The notes under the pieces: model-generated
The model's database searches: none
Seen by the model: only the letters and a program-made list of their open reading frames with translations
What the model was told of the DNA's origin: nothing
IMG/VR virus record: IMGVR_UViG_2645727991_000019
Coordinates: 1-31,402 of that record
Direction: 5' to 3' (one strand)
From: a virus
Lineage: Duplodnaviria > Heunggongvirae > Uroviricota > Caudoviricetes
DNA: 31,402 nt
In this document: piece after piece, positions 17,571 to 25,524 of the stretch
How positions within the stretch are numbered: the first letter of the stretch is position 1
Layout: the number at the start of each line of letters is the position of its first letter
Program-made: the position numbers and the translations under genes

Positions 17571-18644
17571 TTACGCTCCCGGCTCTGCGGTCGCCTTAGC
17601 CGGTGTGGAGAAATCACCGACCTTAATTTTTTCCACCAGACAACCGGCGGCGTAGTCTTCCACCACGTAATCAATGTTCATTGACTCGTAGTTCTCCACG
17701 CGGTCGAGTTTCGGGTTTTCCACAATCACGCGGCGATGACTGTCATCCATGTAGTAGATGGACAGGTTTTCCAGCTTCGTGATGAGCATCGCATCCGCCG
17801 GGAAGTACGGGACGCGTACCGCCGGCAGGTTACCGATGCGTTTCTGGCTGATGATGACGTCAGCGGCCAGCATTTCGCTGTTGTCCTGCTCCCTGTTGAC
17901 GATGGGGAAATACTTGTCCGCCAGTAGCTGACGTCCCACAATCACCACAAGGTCAGGGTCTTCCTGATACCACGGTTCAATCAGGTTGTTGGTCGCATCC
18001 ATCACCAGTGCGTCAAGGCTGGCATAATCACCGCCCTTGCCCACGCGGATGACCTCAGAGGTGGTGTGCCCTTCCTCGTCAGTGACCTTGCTCATCACGC
18101 GCGCCGGGGCTTCATTGCGGTATTTCTGCAGCCAGCCGACCGCCACATCCTGCAGCATCGGATTACTGCTGCGGTCAGAGGTTTCGGCACGCTTCACGCC
18201 GTTAAAACCGGCCATGATGAAATCAAGGGACTGGCGTTTGATAATGGCGTTACGGATACGGAGCTGGAAATCCTGATAACGCGCCCACAGGTCAAGCGTT
18301 TTGTAGCGGATATAAAAATCGAAGTTAATCTGGTCGCATTCGTACTTGTTAGACGCCAGCTTCGAGAAGTCCTTCGGCTGACGCTCGGTGCCACCGGCGG
18401 TGTCGGTGGTGCTGGCGATGGAGCCGGTGACACCGATACCAATTTTTTCCCCTTTCATTTCGCTGACCGGCACAATGTTGATGCGGGTCAGAAAGTCAGA
18501 GGACTCCTGCATGGTGTTCATCAGGGTCTGGGTGACCGACGGTTCAACGGTGAATTTTTTCGACACATCACCGGCGTCGATGCCGTTCAGTTCGGCAACA
18601 CGGGACAGGTAAGCATTAAATTTAAAGCGGGTTTCCTGGCGCAT
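17571..18644 (-). CDS. N: Major capsid protein N
   Basis: 357-aa ORF between O and M; position and size match P2 gpN. Confidence 0.92.
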   Translation of the reverse strand: MRQETRFKFNAYLSRVAELNGIDAGDVSKKFTVEPSVTQTLMNTMQESSDFLTRINIVPVSEMKGEKIGIGVTGSIASTTDTAGGTERQPKDFSKLASNKYECDQINFDFYIRYKTLDLWARYQDFQLRIRNAIIKRQSLDFIMAGFNGVKRAETSDRSSNPMLQDVAVGWLQKYRNEAPARVMSKVTDEEGHTTSEVIRVGKGGDYASLDALVMDATNNLIEPWYQEDPDLVVIVGRQLLADKYFPIVNREQDNSEMLAADVIISQKRIGNLPAVRVPYFPADAMLITKLENLSIYYMDDSHRRVIVENPKLDRVENYESMNIDYVVEDYAAGCLVEKIKVGDFSTPAKATAEPGA

Positions 18645-18702
18645 AGTTTTTCCTGAAATTAAGGGTTAATCGTGAAGGTTTTCCCGGACTGACTGACGCC
18701 GG

Positions 18703-19557
18703 TCAGCAGTTCGTCAGCAGGGCATCACCGCCACCGCCGGTGGCTTTGCTGCGGCGCTGCTGGGTCAGACTTTCGGTGTGGTCGAGACTGTTTTTCAGGC
18801 GGGTGAATGCCTGACTGGTTTCATCCGCCCTGTCAGTCTCATCCTGCTTAAGTGCGGAAAAGGCGGTTTCCATCTCAGCAAGGCGCTGCTCAGTGGCGCT
18901 CAGTTTTTCCTGCACATGCTCAGCGACAGCGGTCACCGCTTCATGCACGTCATTCAGACGGGCGTCATCGCTGGCCTGTTTGCGGCCAAAAATGGATTTC
19001 ACCTTTTCGGTCAGGGCTGTGAACACGGTTTCAGGCAGGTCTTCAAATTCCAGCTCAACAGGCGTTGCCACTGAAATCAGGTTTTCAGGGCTTAATTTGA
19101 AGCGGTTCAGAGGGTTGTGTTTTGCCGTGCGGCAGAATTCCAGGTATTCCGTGCCGAGGCTTGCCGGGTCATCGGTGACGGCCAGACCCACCAGATAACA
19201 TTTGCCGGTATTGGCAAAGTTCGGCTGAATTTCCATTGAGGTGTAGACCTTCTGCGCGGCCTTGTTCATCGCGATAAGGTCATCGGTCGGGGTGATTTTC
19301 GCAAACAGCGCCCATTTGCCTTTCAGCGCCGAATCGTCATCAATCTTTTCGGCCTTCAGTTCGGCCACATCGCCATAACGCTTAAAAATACCGTCAGGCA
19401 GGATGCCGCGCAGATGTTCCAGGTTAATGCGGCAACCATAGACTCGCGGGTCAAAGGTTTCGGCCATTTCCTGAATATCCTGCGCACTGATGACACGCCC
19501 GTCACAGGTGTCACCCTCAACGCCGATACGAAAGAATTTTGAGACTTTTTTTGCCAT
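18703..19557 (-). CDS. O: Capsid scaffolding protein O
   Basis: From the Met at 19557 the protein starts MAKKVSKFFRIGVEGDTCDGRVISAQDIQ... (284 aa). The ORF-track start at 19623 adds 22 residues that do not fit the known N-terminus. Confidence 0.88.
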   Translation of the reverse strand: MAKKVSKFFRIGVEGDTCDGRVISAQDIQEMAETFDPRVYGCRINLEHLRGILPDGIFKRYGDVAELKAEKIDDDSALKGKWALFAKITPTDDLIAMNKAAQKVYTSMEIQPNFANTGKCYLVGLAVTDDPASLGTEYLEFCRTAKHNPLNRFKLSPENLISVATPVELEFEDLPETVFTALTEKVKSIFGRKQASDDARLNDVHEAVTAVAEHVQEKLSATEQRLAEMETAFSALKQDETDRADETSQAFTRLKNSLDHTESLTQQRRSKATGGGGDALLTNC

Positions 19558-19730
19558 TGTCAGGAGTCCTGAATAGTGATTAGAGGAGTCACATGTCGGC
19601 ATCAGTTTCCCGACGATGCGCATCCTCCGCCATCAGTCCCGGATGGCTTATCACTGACACAACAGCACCTTAGCGAATCGCGGGGCGCGACTCAGTAGCC
19701 TTGCCGTGTATTCATCACGGCGAGGTATTC
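19558..19730. promoter_or_regulatory. Divergent late promoter region between O and P (expected Ogr-dependent promoters)
   Basis: This is the intergenic region between the divergently transcribed O (minus) and P (plus) operons; in P2 it carries the Ogr-activated PO and PP promoters. I found no perfect TGT-N12-ACA element by eye, so exact sites are not mapped. Confidence 0.45.
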
Positions 19731-21503
19731 ATGACCATCACCACAGACACCACTCTTTTACACGACCCGCGTCGTCAGGCGGCGCTGCTGTACTGGCAGG
19801 GATTTTCCGTGCCGCAGATTGCCGCCATGTTGCAGATGAAACGCCCGACGGTGCAGAGCTGGAAACAGCGCGACGGCTGGGACAGTGTTGCCCCCATCAG
19901 CCGTGTCGAAATGAGTCTGGAAGCGCGGCTGACCCAGCTCATCATCAAACCGCAGAAAACCGGCAGTGACTTCAAGGAAATTGACCTGCTCGGACGCCAG
20001 ATTGAACGACTGGCACGGGTAAACCGCTACAGCCAGACCGGCAACGAGGCAGACCTTAATCCGAACATCGCTAACCGCAACAAAGGCGGGCGGCGCAAAC
20101 CGAAAAAGAATTTTTTCAGCGACGAGGCTATCGAAAAGCTGGAGCAGATTTTCTTTGAGCAGTCTTTCGAATATCAGTTGCACTGGTATCGCGCCGGGCT
20201 TGAGCACCGCATCCGCGATATCCTGAAATCCCGCCAGATTGGCGCGACATTTTATTTTTCCCGCGAGGCGCTGCTGCGCGCCCTGAAAACCGGCCATAAC
20301 CAGATTTTTCTGTCGGCCAGTAAAACGCAGGCGTATGTGTTCCGCGAATACATCATCGCCTTTGCCCGTCTGGTTGACGTTGACCTGACCGGTGACCCGA
20401 TTGTCCTGGGCAATAACGGCGCAAAACTGATTTTTCTCGGCACCAACTCCAACACCGCGCAGAGCCATAACGGCGACCTGTACGTCGATGAGATTTTCTG
20501 GATCCCGAATTTTCAGGTACTGCGTAAGGTGGCATCAGGTATGGCCTCACAGAGCCACCTGCGCTCGACCTATTTCTCCACCCCGTCCACGCTGGCGCAC
20601 GACGCCTACCCGTTCTGGTCGGGTGAACTGTTTAACCGGGGACGCGCCAGCGCCGCCGAACGCGTGGAAATCGACGTCAGTCATAACGCCCTTGCCGGTG
20701 GGCTTCTCTGTGCGGACGGCCAGTGGCGACAGATTGTCACCATTGAGGACGCCCTGAAAGGTGGCTGCACGCTGTTCGACATTGAGCAGCTTAAACGCGA
20801 AAACAGCGCCGACGATTTTAAAAACCTGTTCATGTGTGAATTTGTTGACGACAAGGCGTCGGTATTCCCGTTCGAGGAGCTGCAACGCTGCATGGTCGAC
20901 ACGCTGGAAGAATGGGAAGACTATGCGCCGTTTGCCGCCAATCCGTTCGGCTCACGCCCGGTATGGATTGGTTACGACCCGTCACACCGTGGCGACAGTG
21001 CCGGATGCGTGGTGCTGGCACCGCCGGTGGTGGCCGGTGGCAAATTCAGAATACTTGAGCGTCACCAGTGGAAAGGCATGGACTTTGCCACCCAGGCTGA
21101 ATCCATCCGCAAACTCACCGAAAAATATAACGTTGAATACATCGGTATTGATGCCACCGGCCTCGGTGTCGGCGTGTTCCAGCTCGTGCGCTCGTTCTAT
21201 CCCGCCGCGCGCGACATCCGCTACACGCCGGAAATGAAAACCGCAATGGTGCTCAAGGCAAAAGACGTTATCCGCCGTGGCTGTCTGGAATATGACGTCA
21301 GCGCCACCGACATCACCAGCTCGTTTATGGCTATCCGCAAGACCATGACCAGCAGCGGACGCAGCGCCACCTATGAGGCCAGCCGCAGCGAGGAAGCCAG
21401 CCACGCCGACCTCGCCTGGGCGACCATGCACGCCCTGTTAAATGAGCCACTCACCGCCGGTATCAGCACCCCGCTGACATCCACCATTCTGGAGTTTTAC
21501 TGA
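19731..21503 (+). CDS. P: Terminase ATPase (large) subunit P
   Basis: From the ATG at 19731 the protein starts MTITTDTTLLHDPRRQAALLYWQGFSVPQIA... (590 aa), with a GAGGT Shine-Dalgarno upstream. The ORF-track start at 19701 is a TTG. Confidence 0.9.
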   Translation: MTITTDTTLLHDPRRQAALLYWQGFSVPQIAAMLQMKRPTVQSWKQRDGWDSVAPISRVEMSLEARLTQLIIKPQKTGSDFKEIDLLGRQIERLARVNRYSQTGNEADLNPNIANRNKGGRRKPKKNFFSDEAIEKLEQIFFEQSFEYQLHWYRAGLEHRIRDILKSRQIGATFYFSREALLRALKTGHNQIFLSASKTQAYVFREYIIAFARLVDVDLTGDPIVLGNNGAKLIFLGTNSNTAQSHNGDLYVDEIFWIPNFQVLRKVASGMASQSHLRSTYFSTPSTLAHDAYPFWSGELFNRGRASAAERVEIDVSHNALAGGLLCADGQWRQIVTIEDALKGGCTLFDIEQLKRENSADDFKNLFMCEFVDDKASVFPFEELQRCMVDTLEEWEDYAPFAANPFGSRPVWIGYDPSHRGDSAGCVVLAPPVVAGGKFRILERHQWKGMDFATQAESIRKLTEKYNVEYIGIDATGLGVGVFQLVRSFYPAARDIRYTPEMKTAMVLKAKDVIRRGCLEYDVSATDITSSFMAIRKTMTSSGRSATYEASRSEEASHADLAWATMHALLNEPLTAGISTPLTSTILEFY

Positions 21504-22537
21504 TGAGCAAGAAAAAAGGGAAAACACCGCAACCTGCGGCAAAAAAAATGACCGCCAGCGCCCCGAAAATGGAGGCATTCACCTTTGGTGAGCCGGTGCC
21601 GGTACTCGACCGCCGTGACATTCTGGATTACGTCGAGTGCATCAGTAACGGCAGATGGTATGAGCCGCCGGTCAGTTTTACCGGTCTGGCAAAAAGCCTG
21701 CGTGCTGCCGTGCATCACAGCTCACCGATTTACGTCAAACGCAATATTCTGGCTTCAACGTTTATTCCGCATCCGTGGCTTTCCCAGCAGGATTTCAGCC
21801 GCTTTGTGCTGGATTTTCTGGTGTTCGGTAATGCGTTTCTGGAAAAGCGTTACAGCACCACTGGTAAGGTTATCAGGCTGGAAACCTCTCCGGCAAAATA
21901 TACCCGCCGTGGTGTGGAAGAGGATGTGTACTGGTGGGTGCCGTCCTTCAACGAGCCGACAGCCTTCACGCCCGGCTCCGTGTTTCACCTGCTGGAGCCG
22001 GATATTAATCAGGAGCTGTACGGTCTGCCGGAATATCTCAGCGCCCTTAATTCTGCCTGGCTGAATGAGTCGGCCACGCTGTTCCGCCGCAAGTATTACG
22101 AAAACGGCGCTCATGCCGGATATATCATGTACGTCACCGATGCCGTGCAGGATCGCAACGATATCGAAATGCTTCGCGAAAACATGGTCAAGTCGAAAGG
22201 CCGCAACAACTTTAAAAACCTGTTTCTCTATGCCCCACAGGGGAAAGCCGACGGCATTAAAATTATCCCCCTCAGTGAAGTGGCGACGAAGGACGATTTT
22301 TTTAATATCAAAAAAGCCAGCGCCGCTGACCTGCTGGACGCGCACCGCATCCCCTTTCAGTTGATGGGCGGCAAGCCGGAGAACGTCGGGTCGCTGGGTG
22401 ATATTGAGAAAGTGGCAAAGGTCTTTGTCCGCAATGAACTTATCCCGTTACAGGACAGAATTCGGGAAATAAACGGCTGGCTCGGTCAGGAGGTCATCCG
22501 CTTTAAAAACTACTCACTGGACACTGACAACGGCTGA
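21503..22537 (+). CDS. Q: Portal (capsid vertex) protein Q
   Basis: 344-aa ORF immediately downstream of P (ATGA overlap), followed by a terminator and the cos site. Confidence 0.9.
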   Translation: MSKKKGKTPQPAAKKMTASAPKMEAFTFGEPVPVLDRRDILDYVECISNGRWYEPPVSFTGLAKSLRAAVHHSSPIYVKRNILASTFIPHPWLSQQDFSRFVLDFLVFGNAFLEKRYSTTGKVIRLETSPAKYTRRGVEEDVYWWVPSFNEPTAFTPGSVFHLLEPDINQELYGLPEYLSALNSAWLNESATLFRRKYYENGAHAGYIMYVTDAVQDRNDIEMLRENMVKSKGRNNFKNLFLYAPQGKADGIKIIPLSEVATKDDFFNIKKASAADLLDAHRIPFQLMGGKPENVGSLGDIEKVAKVFVRNELIPLQDRIREINGWLGQEVIRFKNYSLDTDNG

Positions 22538-22542
22538 ACATC

Positions 22543-22564
22543 GCCGCCTGCGGGCGGCTTTTTT
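22543..22564 (+). terminator. Rho-independent terminator after Q
   Basis: GC-rich hairpin GCCGCC-TGCG-GGCGGC followed by six T residues, 6 nt after the Q stop codon. Confidence 0.8.
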
Positions 22565-22706
22565 ACACCCCGTCATCACGCCCTCACACGCTCACCACCG
22601 CACAAAACACCCCGCAGACACACCAACGCCTCAACGGGCAGACTAAGCGCCTTCACGACGCGCTCAGACGCTGAAAAAATAAAATCAGCACCACCGCCAG
22701 CGCGCA

Positions 22707-22725
22707 GTGCTTTCCCCGCCTCGCC
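22707..22725. other. cos site (19-nt cohesive-end sequence of P2-type phages)
   Basis: The plus strand reads GTGCTTTCCCCGCCTCGCC, the reverse complement of GGCGAGGCGGGGAAAGCAC, which I recall as the P2 cohesive end. It sits where expected, next to Q. Confidence 0.75.
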
Positions 22726-23055
22726 CGCCCGCTTCATGGGGCGGTTTTGATGCAATACATGAGCATCGTAATGCCATATCGTGACAGGATTATAGAACAT
22801 GAAGGTATACTAACTTACACATGCAAAAAAACGCACACTCAGGCATTCTCTTTGGAATACAATATGGTAAAAATATGATCATTTGAAGCTGCATATCCGC
22901 GCAGATTGAAATCAATGATGCTGCCCCTTCGTTAAGACAGCCAGGCCGCAATCTCTTGAGCTCAAGTGGACATCTAAGACAGAAAAACAATTTAAAGGCA
23001 AAGTTTTCGTAATGGTATCTTTGTCACAGCACACGCTAAAAAGGAACTAAACCTC

Positions 23056-24120
23056 ATGAGCACTCAGCAAGTCCTCAACATCCCTACAGCCGTATCGCAA
23101 GCGACCATCGAAAAATGGTTGAAAGGACTGGAACAGACAACGGAATTAGCCTTTTTTCGCCGTGTTGGCGGGCGGCATGGCTTCAATGTTACGAGCCGCT
23201 GGGCAAGTACATTGGATAACTTGAATAAAACTCTGAATGACCCATCGAAGCAAGGTACGCCTGCAAACTTTTCAAATCTCCGTTTGATTACGTTAAAAAT
23301 AATCACTAGCGTAAACCATTATTATTCAATTGATAGTATTAAATCAGGAACCATTAATTTAATACCAAATATAATCAACTACCCTCACCTCGATAAAACA
23401 TTTAGCTCAGTATTTCCAATAAAACTTGATGATAATACAGGACTTCCTTCGACTCCTGGGCATTTCATTACTTCCATCGAAAAAATGGGGGATGGTATTG
23501 CTGTAATATATTCCTATATTATTTTAAGAAAAATCCAAGGAAGGAGTAAGCTACGTAGCAATCAATATCCAGAGCAGTACTTCAACACTGTTTTCATCCC
23601 TAATGATTTAAGCCGTATAGAATATCGGGTTGATAAATCACTAGGTAAAAGAGCGTCTGAAAAAGCGATGGCAGATTTGCGCGCAAAATTTAATGAATTA
23701 CTCGTGGAACTTAATATTAAGTTAGCTGTTGAAACTATAAATTTCTACAAAGCAATTTCCAATATTTACCTTGACAAACAATATGGAAGACTTGTTCAGG
23801 TTAATTTCCTTGATCCAAATGGAGATGAGGATGCTGTTCTTCGTTGTAGAACAGACCCCAATTATGATGCCCGTTATCGCGAGGTTGTATCTAAAACTCA
23901 GAACGGAACACCTCGCTCATTGACCCTTGAAGTTTCTGGCGTTGCAGTGCGATTAGATAGTAAAGTTGCAAACGAAACAATTTCAAATGAAATTGGTTTT
24001 GAACCCAGCAAAACTGATTGGTCTACAAACAAATTTTGTGGGGATTTTTATTTTACACAAACAGCAGATCATCAGGTGCATTATGGGGTGATAAATGATT
24101 TACTCACAAGAGCGAAATAA
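23056..24120 (+). CDS. Hypothetical protein, first gene of the low-GC cargo operon (354 aa); no family recognised
   Basis: ATG start with an AAGGA Shine-Dalgarno about 10 nt upstream. Composition is AT-rich, and I see no Walker or other recognisable motifs. Confidence 0.75.
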   Translation: MSTQQVLNIPTAVSQATIEKWLKGLEQTTELAFFRRVGGRHGFNVTSRWASTLDNLNKTLNDPSKQGTPANFSNLRLITLKIITSVNHYYSIDSIKSGTINLIPNIINYPHLDKTFSSVFPIKLDDNTGLPSTPGHFITSIEKMGDGIAVIYSYIILRKIQGRSKLRSNQYPEQYFNTVFIPNDLSRIEYRVDKSLGKRASEKAMADLRAKFNELLVELNIKLAVETINFYKAISNIYLDKQYGRLVQVNFLDPNGDEDAVLRCRTDPNYDARYREVVSKTQNGTPRSLTLEVSGVAVRLDSKVANETISNEIGFEPSKTDWSTNKFCGDFYFTQTADHQVHYGVINDLLTRAK

Positions 24121-24529
24121 AAAAATGCGCTCATTAGTGTATAAACAAAGAGTACTCCTGGAGAATGCCGGAAGCTCTTCTGTTTTCATAAATAATGATT
24201 CTCACATATATTATACAAATTTACTAGAATATGTAGAGGGTGATCTTGATCGTAATATTTATACAATCCCAGTATTACGAAAAGCCATAAAAACTGACAA
24301 TTATGAACATTTGCTACGAGTTGTTCAATTTTTTAGTAGCAATACCTCTTGTTTATTTAACGTTAAATATTGCTACGAACTAGAAAACATGGAGTTTGAG
24401 GACATACAAGCTGATGAATATACCAACTATATATTAAACGGAGTTGAACCTGTAACTGCCAATGGTTCTGAAATTGAAGACTTCAATCCAAAATATCTTT
24501 CATTTTATTGCATAATAAACCTGGATTGA
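24095..24529 (+). CDS. Hypothetical small protein, second gene of the cargo operon (144 aa, or 134 aa from the Met at 24125)
   Basis: ORF overlapping the end of gene 1 by 26 nt if it starts at 24095 (GGGGTG Shine-Dalgarno-like sequence upstream), or starting 4 nt after the gene 1 stop if it starts at 24125. It ends 5 nt before the gene 3 ATG. Confidence 0.65.
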   Translation: MIYSQERNKKMRSLVYKQRVLLENAGSSSVFINNDSHIYYTNLLEYVEGDLDRNIYTIPVLRKAIKTDNYEHLLRVVQFFSSNTSCLFNVKYCYELENMEFEDIQADEYTNYILNGVEPVTANGSEIEDFNPKYLSFYCIINLD

Positions 24530-24534
24530 CTGTC

Positions 24535-25389
24535 ATGAACAAACAACAAATCACATGTGAGTTAGGCAAAAGGGTTCATTTTGAAGATGAAGCGAGTTTT
24601 ATTGAAACATTATACTCGGATATAGAAGTCATAATAAAACTAATGGAGCAATCTAGTGACAAGTATTATTGTGATGATGAAGATAAACTAAGCCATACAA
24701 TTGTAGCCTCTCTTGTACACCTAGGTTACGATGCAACCGAACAAACAAAAAAAAATGGAAGTGTGGACATAACCGTTCGTCCGAAAAATGGAGGATATAC
24801 ATGGATTGCTGAAGCAAAAATCGGATACGGGAACCAAAAAATATTCGAGGGGCTACTTCAGTTGCTTACTCGCTATGTTAAAAGAGATAATCATGCAGGC
24901 ATGGTTATCTATTATCAAAAATCAAAGTCATCTTATCATTTCAAACAATGGCTGAAATACATATACAACCATGAGTGGAAGGATTATTGTACAAAGAAAG
25001 GGTCATTAAAAAAAGCGACTCCGCTACTTTCTCATTTAAAAAGTACGGTTTGTCCGAAAGTCAAACAAGGCTGTTGTTATGCTGACATTGATGTCATCCA
25101 ACCTTCGACTGATGGTCTAAAACTTCGCTGCTTCTATATTGACGTGCATCATGACCCAATTGACAGTAGTGGTTTAAAGAATAAGTCAATCGCCTTTGGT
25201 CAAGCCCAAAATAGAATTAGAGATTTATATCACTTATGGAAGACAGGACAGTTCGACGGCAGTATGATAGATGAATTATTTGAAGAAATAAAAATATATC
25301 ATAGCAATGAACTTGACGAAGAATATGAAGATGAAGATGAAGATGAAGATGAAGATGAAGATGAAGACTCGAATATAAACTCGAAATGA
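24535..25389 (+). CDS. Hypothetical protein with a PD-(D/E)xK-like nuclease core motif and an acidic (ED)n C-terminal tail, third gene of the cargo operon (284 aa)
   Basis: ATG at 24535 (the ORF-track start at 24508 is a TTG). The motif GSVDITV followed 12 residues later by WIAEAKIG fits a hydrophobic-D ... E-x-K restriction-endonuclease-fold signature. The C-terminus reads EEYEDEDEDEDEDEDEDSNINSK. Confidence 0.75.
   Translation: MNKQQITCELGKRVHFEDEASFIETLYSDIEVIIKLMEQSSDKYYCDDEDKLSHTIVASLVHLGYDATEQTKKNGSVDITVRPKNGGYTWIAEAKIGYGNQKIFEGLLQLLTRYVKRDNHAGMVIYYQKSKSSYHFKQWLKYIYNHEWKDYCTKKGSLKKATPLLSHLKSTVCPKVKQGCCYADIDVIQPSTDGLKLRCFYIDVHHDPIDSSGLKNKSIAFGQAQNRIRDLYHLWKTGQFDGSMIDELFEEIKIYHSNELDEEYEDEDEDEDEDEDEDSNINSK
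25327..25368 (+). repeat. Tandem hexanucleotide repeat (GAAGAT)6 plus GAAGAC, encoding the (ED)n tail
   Basis: Perfect tandem GAAGAT units are seen directly in the sequence at the 3' end of cargo gene 3. Confidence 0.9.
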
Positions 25390-25402
25390 ACACCAAGAAT
25401 CA

Positions 25403-25436
25403 CCCCATTAAGTTTAGACATCCTAACTTGATGGGG
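25403..25436. terminator. Putative bidirectional terminator hairpin between the convergent cargo operon and gene A
   Basis: CCCCATTAAGTT - 10-nt loop - AACTTGATGGGG forms a 12-bp stem with one mismatch, followed on the plus strand by AATTGACTTTT. Confidence 0.5.
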
Positions 25437-25524
25437 AATTGACTTTTAAGTCTGTAACCCTAGCCATCAAAAATAGATTCATTTTAAATAAAAATATATC
25501 CGTTACGCCCCAAAAAAAATTGAA

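Noticed and set aside
19558-19730. Attempt to pinpoint Ogr-binding TGT-N12-ACA late promoter elements (also tried upstream of V at 12522..12598 and of FI at 6605..6663)
   Set aside because: Only imperfect matches were found by eye (for example TGT-N12-AAC and TGT-N10-ACA upstream of V), so I did not assign exact promoter coordinates.
22576-22990. Two small minus-strand ORFs (74 and 66 aa) between Q and the cargo operon
   Set aside because: They overlap the Q terminator and cos site or the AT-rich promoter region, have no Shine-Dalgarno sequence, and their composition is that of non-coding DNA.
25327-25368. Possible CRISPR-like or other non-coding repeat array
   Set aside because: It is a simple in-frame hexanucleotide tandem repeat inside a coding region with no spacers, so it is not a CRISPR array.
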